Of a stretch of 64,000 bases of DNA, positions 12,548-22,677 are shown piece by piece. Made by a program: the position numbers and the translations under genes. The notes beneath the pieces were generated by a model. It was not told where the DNA came from. It was given only the letters and a program-made list of their open reading frames with translations, and did no database searches. The stretch lies in assembly GCA_965112155.1 (NCBI GenBank), contig OZ218103.1; one strand, 5' to 3'. Within the stretch, counting starts at the first letter, position 1. Each line of letters begins with the position of its first letter. Source of the DNA: Podarcis liolepis (Eukaryota).

Positions 12548-15500
12548 GTAAATAGCTTTGCTGCTAAGGAAGACTGTAGCATTTTCTATTAAAATCAATT
12601 GGAAGATTATCTAATAGGAAAATGTTTTCATTCACTTGGTTGAACTGAAAATATAGAATCCCACACATTTTAAATCCTACTGGGAATATATTTTGTTTGA
12701 TGTGAGTTTGCCACAGAGATCCTGACAATTAGAATAGAGAGAAGAAATGACAGGAACACTGCATCAGATCTCACTTTGATACTGAGCCTATCAACATCTA
12801 GTGTATCATTCACTCACTGGCAAAGCACACATTCAGTATATATTTCACAGTTACTGGCTGGAATTAGGAAATTTAGTTGCCAGCACCACCAAATCACCAT
12901 CCTGTTCAGCTTTCAGCTGTGTGTGTAAAATGCTTTCATTAAACCATTCAAACATATGGAAATATACAACTCCAGGCCTACACAAATCAATGGAAAATAC
13001 ACAGAAACCTTGGTGTTATGATCTAAAAACAAAAATCTGCATAACCCATTAAGCAATTCCTCATTTGGGTTCATTAACTTTTTTTTTTAGTGCTAAAGCA
13101 CTAAAATTCAATATATTGTGATCTGCATAGGAACTTCAGGAAAACACGTTTGACCTGTATAACAATTCTCTGTAGGCCAAAAATATATAGATTCTTTATG
13201 CAAATTATGTGCTAAGGATAGGAACCAAACACTGCACTTTTCTTACATAAATGTTTAAAAAAGAGAATTTTTAAAAAGTTGTTTCTGATTTGTGTGTAAA
13301 CAGTTTTGAATTTTTATTTTCTAGCTATGAAATGGCTATGGAATGTACTTTTTTCCCTTGAAAATGTACAGTATGTAGTAATTATTTGTGTCATAAAAGC
13401 AAGAAAATAAATCATGTGTTACCCATCAACTTTACTAGTTGCTGACAACCTAATTGCTGCTGGGAAATGCACTTTATTATAAGCATGTGGGGGGCGGGGA
13501 AACCATACGAGATGCAAGAGCCACAGACTGGGGGTTTCCACACTTCCAAAGTACTGCCATTTGCTACCTTCTCTACAGTGTCATGGCATTATTAAAAGAA
13601 TTCTCATAACATTTTATATTTACAAAAAAAACCTGGCAAATTTCATTCAAACTCCTTAAAGCCATTTCCCCTTAAACATTTAAAGAGTTTTATGGTAAGT
13701 TTTTTTTTTCCTTTTTAATTTCAAGTTATAAAATAAAAATCCCATTTGAATTTTTCTGATGTACAAAAAGTGATAAAGATGAACAATTTGATCACAGAAT
13801 CAGTTTCAAAATTCATGCCATCTTCATCTTGGTTAATAAAGTCCATCCCAATCAAATCCAGAAAGCATACTGGAAGTATTTGGCAAACAATTTTTTTCTC
13901 TCTCTCTCTCTTCAAAAATGGCACACAGAGAAGAAAAACACTTGTCTGCATAGCATTACAGCAGCAAGATATCAAAGAAATAAAAAATATTCCTTTACTG
14001 GTCTTTGTTTTAAGAGTCCCCTAGGAAATAACACTGTTAAGTCTTTTTCTTCTTCTTTTTCTTCATCAAAATATTTGATGTCCTTTTCTACCCACAGCAG
14101 AAGTATTCAAAACAAAAAAGCAGCATTTCATCTCTTTGATGTACTGTAATTTCAAAAGGTCCATTTGGCAACGTTTCCCAATCAAGATGGATAATCAGCA
14201 GAATGGCAATCCATGGTTTCAAGTTAAGGATAATTTTCACAGGAGGCGTTTTGCTGCTAGAGTCTGTCACCTGTCTGTAAGAAAAGGGGATAGAATGGAA
14301 CACTCAAATACTTTGTCCCCCCCACACCTTCAAATATGCCATTATGGAGTAGTATTGGGCAGTGGTGGTGGGGAATACAGCCAGATCAGTCTAATATGGT
14401 GATAAAAAGTCACCATATCATCAAAATGTGCAGCCACAGAGCTCAATGGCTGTAGAATTCATGATTTTTTTCCTGCTTTTTTATATTATTAAATGATTAG
14501 CAGTCCTTTAACAGATTTGAACTGATTACTTCCATAATGTGGTGCACTTGAAATGGCAAAAAAGTGACAAGGCGTGGTGGGATATGCTGGATAGTTGAAA
14601 CTTGAGGAAAGGTTTTGCTTGGATATCAGAACTGTGGAACAAAACAAAAGTGTCATGTTCTGCCATAGAGAGTTGCCACTGGTTGCCAAAACATTTTGCT
14701 TGTTGAACTGATGCAGTGAGGTGATTATCCTTTATTAGATGAGATCAACTGCAAGAAAATGTGGGAGCCAAAGGCCTGTCAAGGCTGTAGTTTTCTGTTT
14801 GAGTCTTGAAGCACCACAAGCGTGGGTCAACGCTATTTCTTAGGTCTGTTGATCTGGGCATAGAGAGGCTCTCTTTCCTGGGAACAATAGAAAGAAATGT
14901 GAATAGAGACAATTCTAGTCATTTGTATCTAAGCAGCAGATTTCAAGGGAGTAGGTAAGTAGAATAAAAATGCTAAAGATAGCATTTTTATTATTTTGAA
15001 TTATGATGGTGTTTGAAAAGGCAGTAATAATATAAAAGGAATCAGCAATTCCACATTGTTTATTAAGAACCCAATGTTTAAGTTGAAACGATTATAATGA
15101 AATAGAATTCATGTACATCTCACACTACAATTGAGACCAGAAGAGGCTAAGTTTGCAATTATTGTTTTTAAACACACAGAGCAAATCGGCCCATTGCCCT
15201 CACACCCTGAAAGACGATTCAAGACAGCTGACTAAATGGTAAAAATATTATATTTATTAAAATGTAGCAAAATTAGAGGGTCTGCCAGTTAAGCAAATAA
15301 TTAAGTGTAGGCAGGTGGAATCGATGAATGCATATGAGAGAAGCAACCCTCTATCTCATTGGAATGTAAGCCATTGCATTGTGAGTCCCAGGACTGGGAG
15401 CCAAGGACTGGGAGAAAAATCTCCCTTTTTGCTGAGCAAGCCTTGGGTATGTGAAACCCAACCTGCACACCTGACTCTTCCTGCGGGGCATTCATCATGA

Positions 15501-17873
15501 TGTGCAAACCATATCCTTAGCATTCTTTCAAGTACCAATAAACCTCAGACTATGGATGATGACTATTACCACCATAATGCCTCAGGGTGGCAGTGACATC
15601 TTATCTCTTCTTACCTGCCAGCACTGAATGCCAAACAGTCAAGTTAACCAAATCACCACAAGATACCCTACAGTGCGAAGTAGATAAAAACAGGGAGTCA
15701 TAAGTCCCAACCAGTGGCTCCCTCTAAACTTCTCAACACCCCACCCCAAAAGTGGCTCGGCAAAGCCCACTATAGAGGGGCAAGACAAAATGAGGGAGAA
15801 GGGGGTGGCAGTGTAACTTTAAATACTGGACTGTCCCCTCCCATGACACACTCCTGCTCAAATGACTAGCTGTCCTTTCCCCCTGGGAGAAAACAGCTTG
15901 AGTCTCTATCAAGTCCAAGAAGGTGGGTGGATGAGGCAAATTCAATCCTGCTGAGAGCAAGGACATCATTCAGCTTATAAACATGCAGTTTTAGTTCAGA
16001 GGAATAATGACAAATTGTTTTCCTGTACTCCAGTTAAATATTTCACATCTTCTACTATGAACTTTTCTGTTGGCGCATTCTAGCAATGAGATGCAGAGTG
16101 GCTTCACTCCAAAGTCAGTATAGGTTTGATTAAAATAATAATGGCTAAAAATAGCAAAACAATGATTGGTGATGAGCTAACAAGAAGCCCAATGCGCCAT
16201 ATATCACCTTAGCATTCCATGATATTATACAAATTCAAAATCCAAATAAATGTTAAGTTAGTGATACCAGCCAGATATATCAGCAGAACTACCATGTAAT
16301 AAACACATTGCAAGCACTGGCAAGTTTGGCTATAGAGCTTCCTAAAGGATCTAAACATTTCTATAAATTGCCCTAGTAAACTGACATCAGGATCTTGCCC
16401 CACTATGAAATCCTGGTGTGGAGCAGTGCTGTAGGACCTACGCTCCCTCCTTGTCGAGTCCAGCAATGGGCACATGCAAGTGATGAAAATTCTGGATAAC
16501 TTGAAAGCTTGCTCACAACTTTGTGACATTTGGGTTGGTCTTGACAAAAGTATACTGTGACGGGTTATTTCCAAATAGAGTGGTGGTGTTGGTCTAAAAA
16601 AAATGCAGGTTATTTTTCTTTGTAAATGACTAATTTAAAATGCTGAATTATATTATGGAACTCTTGTTTGCAGGGCTTGTAAGTAAAAAATGAATGAGTT
16701 GGAGCATATAACAGCAGCATATTTTGCATTCCAACCCACAAAATATCCACTTTTCAAGAAGAAGGGTAAAGGTAAGCATACCATATCTTGTCTTTATGGG
16801 TGATATCCAACAAGGTCAGTCCACTTGGGCAATGGATTTTTGCTCAGGCAAATGGGATTTCTACTTCCTCTCCCCCTCCCCCAAGCTCCCACCACGCCTA
16901 AATAATCTGCTGTGGAGGCTAGGGGACCCTCAACAGGGCACAAAGTTGGGGGTGGAGGGGGCCTCAGAAGGGAGTAAAGGGAAGTCCCATCACATCTACT
17001 ATTGTGATGTTTGATCTTGGCCCATGAATCTGTAGCACCTATGCAGAGAATCTAAGCATTTCAAATCAGGTCTTATTGCACACATAATGAACATTATGTC
17101 CATCATCATATTTACCCCAGTATGCAAGAAATAATAACAATTCTATTCCAAATTTGGGGACACTTCAAAGATTATGCTTACATAGATTGCTGCTGCATAG
17201 ACCACAGACAGACACAATTCTGGCTAGTTTACAATACAATAGTACTTGAAAGAAAGACAATTTGGCCTCTAGGCTTCATAAATTTTGATGGGACCTTTCA
17301 CTCTGCTCTGGTGTAATCCTCACTTTATCCTTAGAATAATGGCCTTGAAGTTTCAGAAAGGATCCAGCTATCTGTTGTCAGTGTACTTTGGGTCATATCT
17401 TTAGCAGTGAATAGCAAATGCACATGGTTGAACAAAGTAAATTAAAAAGCCGTTTATCACCTTATAGTACCAGAAGTGCATGAGAAGTAAATTAGAAGGG
17501 ACAGGAAAGAATATGTAAATAATAAATAATGCCAAGATAAGAGAGATGGCCCTTTCCTGGGTCAATTGTCATGAACTGGACACTGAAAAGCAGTACCAAG
17601 ATAGCCAGCAAATTATACCCTTTAATGTTAACCAACTCAATGTAGCTTTGTCCTACAGACACTAGTTAACAGGGTATAGATACATTTTTTTTAATGGCCT
17701 TCAAAAATTATTCCATAGAACTGGCTTTTTTATCTTCCTTATAGCCTTTGCAAAAAAACCCACACATTTTTAACAAGATTGTTGCACCTCAATTCCCATT
17801 TCTTAGCTATCAAAATTATCCTCTAATTCAGAAAGTCACTGCTAAGGCTTCAGCTTAAAAATGATCACAAATA

Positions 17874-18706
17874 CAGTGGTGCCTCACAAGACGAAATTAA
17901 TTCGTTCCACAAGTTTTTTCTTCTTGCGAGTTTTTCATCTTGTGAAGCACGGTTTCCCATAGGAATGCATTGAAAATCCATTAATGCGTTCCTATGGAAA
18001 CTGCTTGCCAGGCTGGCGGTGCGGAGAAGGTCTTTTCTCCCCACCGCAAGCCTTCAGGACAGGTACGGGAACAGAGGGGAAGGGGCGCAGCGCTTCTCCT
18101 CTGTTCCCGGGGCTTGCGGTGGGAGGAGGGTTTTTCCTCCCCACCGCCAACATTCAGAACAGCATTCTGAATGTTGGCGGTGGGAAGGAAAACCCTCCTC
18201 CCACTGCAAGTCTTCAGGACAGCCATCTGAAGGCTGGCGCGGGGAGAAGGTCTCTCCGTCCCACCGCCAGCCTTCGGAGGAGCCTTCCGAAGCCTGGCGG
18301 CGGGAGGAGGTCTCTCCACCCCACCGCCAGGCTTCGGAGCAGCCTTCCGAAGCCTGGCGGTGGGGCGGAGAGACCTCCTCCCGCCGCCAGCCTTCGGAGC
18401 ATCCTTCCGAAGCCTGGCAGCAGGAGGAGGTCTCTCCGACCCACCGCCAGGCTTCGGAGCAGCCTTCCGAAGGCTGGCAGCAGGAGGAGGTCTCTCCGCC
18501 CCACCGCCAGCCTTTGGAGGAGGTCCGAGGACAGTGGGGAAGACGCGCTGCGCTTCCCCGCTGTCCCAGAGATTTCCCTATGGGTTTTCGTCTTGCGAAG
18601 GAAGCCCATAGGGAAATTCGTTTTGCGAAGCGCCTCCAAAACAGAAAACCCTTTCGTCTAGTGGGTTTTCCATCTTGCGAGGCATTCGTCTTGCGGGGCA
18701 CCACTG
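17874..18706. mobile_element. Tigger/pogo-like non-autonomous transposon with an internal 60-bp GC-rich palindromic minisatellite
   Basis: TA|CAGTGGTGCCTCACAAGACGAA...TTCGTCTTGCGGGGCACCACTG|TA; about five 60-bp units at ~18215-18520. Confidence 0.9.
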
Positions 18707-18710
18707 TAGC

Positions 18711-19094
18711 CAGGGCCGGATTTCGGTTTGATGAGGCCCTAAGCTACTGAAGGTAATATGTCCAGCTGTCCTTTGTCAACAACAAATTGTCGCGGTTTTT
18801 TCTGTTGAATATATGCTATATGGTAATTTATGGACCTAATAGGTATCTAAAGTCATTTGCCCATAACAAAATATGTATTTATCAAAGTAATTGTTGAACT
18901 GAAATACAATTAAGAAGAAGTATATTAATAGTGAAATAATTATTAAGCTCTAACTGTATGCAGGTTTTATTTTATTTGTTTTTATCTTATATTTTGGAAA
19001 TGAACATCCAGGTTTTTTTTCCTTTAAATTTTTTTGGGGGCCCCCAGAGAGTGGGACCCTAAGCTAGTTTAGCTTATATGTAAATCCAGTACTG
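18711..19094. mobile_element. hAT-like non-autonomous DNA transposon (copy 1)
   Basis: TIRs CAGGGCCGGATTT...AAATCCAGTACTG; 8-bp TSD CAAATAGC, with the left copy interrupted by the 17874-18706 element. Homologous to 62803-63383. Confidence 0.85.
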
Positions 19095-19849
19095 CAAATA
19101 GCCTTTATGTAGCTTAGCTTTACAACTAATAGTACTGTTTGCTCCCATTATTATTTTTCTAAGAGAACTACCATTCTGGACCTTTTCTTCAAGCTAAAAG
19201 TATTACCAAACACCTTATATCCTTTACTATTGTCCCTGTATTCTTTATTATCTTAACAGAGACCATCCCTTTTTGCTAGTGGAAGCCAACCAGACAAGGT
19301 GATGGGCAGAATTTTTCTTACTGATGTATGTAAGGCTGGCATAAAAGATGCATTATGAACTTAAACTTGCAATTCTCCCAAGGCTGCTTTGACCTCTGCG
19401 CTCCTATGTAGATTTTAAGCAGAGTGTTTTCCTTCTGGCTGGCTGAACAGAAAGTAGAATCTCAGCTGATGCATTTCAGAAAATAAGTCTTCTGCTTCCT
19501 GATCATCCAGTCAGAAGGAAAGCCCTGTGTTGAGACTCTGCTGCAGAGAAAGAAGGTCAAGGAATCCCAAAGGAGTAGCACCTCAGTCAAGATTGTAATG
19601 TATCTTTTATACTACAAGCTAGGCTTCTTTAGAGAGCCAGTGGAGGGGTAGGCGCAGGGCTGTTCTGCTTCCTTATGGTGAAGGGACCCTTGCTTTATGT
19701 ACACATTAATAACAGCTGCTATATAGTTCTCCTTTGCACTGGGCTTCATGATGAAAAACAAGCCTCTAATTGTGCTTTGCTTGGTTATCCCGTCCCTATG
19801 ATGAACTCATTTACAGTACTCAGCATAGTAGGACATAGTATTTTATATA

Positions 19850-20499
19850 CCATATTTTTCGCCCTATAGGACGCACTTTTCCCCCTCCAAATATGAAGGG
19901 GAAATGTGTGTGCGTCCTATGGGGTGGATGCAGGCTTTCGCTGAAGCCTGGAGAGCGAGAGGGGTTGGTGTGCACCGACCCCTCTCGCTCTCCAGGCTTC
20001 AGGAGAGCCCCAGCCCCACTAGGTCGGGGGACAGAGGGAGGCGGAACGCCACCATCCCGCTGTCTCCCGAAGTGGTTTGGAGGCTGACGGCGGGGAGAAG
20101 AGCGCTTCTCCCCGCTGCCAGCCTCACAAGCTCTGGGGACAGCTGGGAGGCGCAGCGCGTCTCCCCGCTGCCCCCAGACCTGATCTGAAGGCGGGCGGTG
20201 GGGAGAAGAGCGCTTCTCCCCGCTGCCTGCTCCGCAAGCTCCGGGGACAGCTGGGAGGCGCAGCGCGTCTCCCCGCTGCCCCCAGACCTGATCTGAAGGC
20301 AGGCGGTGGGGAGAAGAGCGCGTCTCCCCGCTGCCCCCGGACCTGATCTGAAGGCGGGCTGCGGGAAGAAGAGCGCTTCTCCCCGCTGCCGGCCCCACAA
20401 GCGCCTGGGGGGGGGAAATAATTTTTTCCCCTTTATTTCCCCCCCAAAAAACTTGATGCGTCCTATGGGCCAGTGCGTCCTATGGGGCGAAAAATACGT
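19850..20499. mobile_element. Tc1/mariner-superfamily (Tc2/pogo-like) non-autonomous element with internal 108-bp tandem repeat
   Basis: TA|CCATATTTTTCGCCCTATAGGACGCAC...GTGCGTCCTATGGGGCGAAAAATACGT|TA; repeat units start at 20092, 20200 and 20308. Confidence 0.88.
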
Positions 20500-21264
20500 T
20501 ATATATATATCACCCCATAACTTGAATATCAGTAGTTATAACTAACATGTTTGCTTCATGTTAACTACTTGGCAAAATGGTTATGGGGCTGAATTTAGCT
20601 GGACCATTTTGACCTACAGTAAGTGGGCTGTATCTGGTCACTGTTATCCTGTGAGACAAAAGCACACTTGGCCCAGGGATTGGGGGAAATGTGATCACTC
20701 CACATTATAATGCAGACCTATCTAATGTGCCCTCTGCGAATGAATACATGAACTGGAAAAGGAGAAAACAAAAGAGACAAATTTCACCATTCATAGTTCA
20801 GCTTAGCAGCCCAGGACTAGCTTCGAGTGTTCACAGAGATTCAAAGTGCTCTTGCGTGTTGGCAACATTTCTGAAAAGGGGGCCTAGAAGGATAAACAGC
20901 ACCTGAATCACACCCCCCCAGGTAATTTTCAAAATATAAAGATCTTTACTGTAATAGTGAAGCCAATTCATTTATGCATAATTATGTCCCATGTTATTTG
21001 AAGGTAGACCATCGACTATAGTTAATATATGCAGCTCCTCCAAGTACAGGTCCAAATATGTTAAATGACAATAGGCTCACCTCCAGGAATGACAGGAAAC
21101 TAAGCACCATAGTTCTCCTATCTCAGTCCAGTTCTCCTCAAATTGAAGGTTCTGCGCTACAGGTGACAACCTTTAGACAGCAGCCAAAAGGAATGTGTCA
21201 GAGGGTAAAAACTGCATGTGGCTGCTCACTGCTACAGAAGGATCAGCCCTTTATGCTGACAACC

Positions 21265-22000
21265 CTGTTGGGTTCTGACAAGTGGGATCATCTTTAAGGA
21301 TGGTCCTGGTTGCAGGCAGGCTCCCAGGCCGGTTCCTCCCCCCCCAGCATGGGCGGAGTAATGCCATCATGCCAGAGTGGCACCACAATCACCCCGGCAT
21401 CTTGGCCAACCACTTTTGTGTGGGGTGATTGGGGGGGTATAAAAGTGGCAGCATGACACGTGTCAGGCATCTGCTTCATGCTGCTGAACACCCGCCCTTT
21501 ATTTTAGATGTCCTCTGGCCTTGCTTTGGACTTTGGTTGGTTGCCTGTCTTGGCATGGGGGCCAGGTAGGAATTTTTCCATTTGGCAATGGCCACTTGGT
21601 TTTCGCTTACCTCTTAGCCTACCTCGTCACAACTTTGTAAGGTTTGGCGGTTAGGCATTGGCTCACTGAGGGAGAGGTCCATTGACCAAGGGTATTCCGT
21701 TAAAGGAATGCAGGGCCTGGATCCTGTCTGATGTCTGCTTGAGGGGCTAGGGCCATGCCAGGCCTCTGGGGACACCGAGGAGAGCTACAGGCGGGTTCCC
21801 CCGATGTGGCTTCCTCTTTGGGTGGTTTACCCTTATTGACTTCCTGCAACGGGGGCAGGAGTCCGATATAGTCCTTTGTCAATACTGCTCACATTTCTGT
21901 AATCAACAAAGTTGTGGCCTAAAATTTTGCCCAATGACCAAAATTCTGTGTCAGTGTGAATTTGATTCTAACAAGGGCTGGTTTGGGGGCCTTGCCACGC
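21265..22000 (+). mobile_element. Possible solo LTR or other GC-richer interspersed repeat
   Basis: About 740-bp block with a composition shift, TG start, GGGTATAAAAG TATA-like motif (~21436) and an AACAAAGTTGTGGCC polyA-like segment near the end. No convincing TSD; boundaries approximate. Confidence 0.35.
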
Positions 22001-22573
22001 AAACTGCCTTCCTGTAAAAAATCCTGCTATGCCTTGATGGATAAAAAAAATAAAGATTGTAATACTTTTGAGCAAGTGCTGCCTTTTCTTCACAACACTA
22101 GCCAAGTCTTTGAAGAAATATAAATAAATGTACTATTGCTGTTTGCTGCCTTTGTCTTGTGAACCACAGATCTACATTCTCTAAATTGAAACAACATACT
22201 GCTGCCTAAGAATAATGCTGCACTCTTTCTTTTTTGCAATTTCAGTGAATGTATTAAGACATCTGTCCTGGCTTTTGATTTAAAAAACCACAGCAAGGCA
22301 AACATTTTGCTTATCAGTAGATTGCAGATTTGACTACTAACAGCACGGTTGTCATTTCTTTAAAGGTTAGTTGTGAATTCCAAGTTTGAAAGCTTCAGTT
22401 TAAGATTGCAGGTAGATGCAAAGTGCAACGTAGTTCAAGATATAGGAACTGATAAGAGACTCGGTTATTCAAATACAAAGACTTTAAGATACTACAGAAA
22501 AGAAGTGCTAACAACACAGAAAGCAAAATGACATTAAAAAAACCAAGTGGGAGAGTGCACTTGAACACAAACA

Positions 22574-22677
22574 CCATATTTACTTGAATCTAATGCTCAC
22601 CTTTTTTGGCCAAATTATGTTATGAAAATTAAGGTGCGCATTAGATTCGCTGGCACATTAGACTCGAGTAAATATGG
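22574..22677. mobile_element. Short Tc1/mariner-superfamily MITE
   Basis: CCATATTTACTTGAATCTAATG...CATTAGACTCGAGTAAATATGG|TA inverted ends. Confidence 0.75.

Larger units (their letters stand above)
11480..14877 (-). other. DAB1: DAB1 terminal exon (3'UTR, ~3.4 kb)
   Basis: Strong acceptor (tttctttctattgttcccAG) at 14878-14879. The opening sequence GAGCCTCTCTATGCCCAGATCAACAGACCTAAGAAATAGC matches the remembered start of the mammalian DAB1 last exon. AT-rich body. The 3' end is inferred from an AATAAA and is approximate. Confidence 0.8.

Noticed and set aside
18215-18520. CRISPR-like appearance (palindromic repeats at regular spacing)
   Set aside because: Spacers are near-identical rather than unique, the context is a vertebrate intron, and there are no cas genes.
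17981-18750. Six overlapping ORFs of up to 243 aa on both strands
   Set aside because: Artefact of a GC-rich 60-bp (multiple of 3) tandem repeat inside a MITE; repetitive translations, no transposase motifs.
19820-20545. Overlapping 64-192 aa ORFs
   Set aside because: Produced by the 108-bp internal repeat of a non-autonomous transposon.
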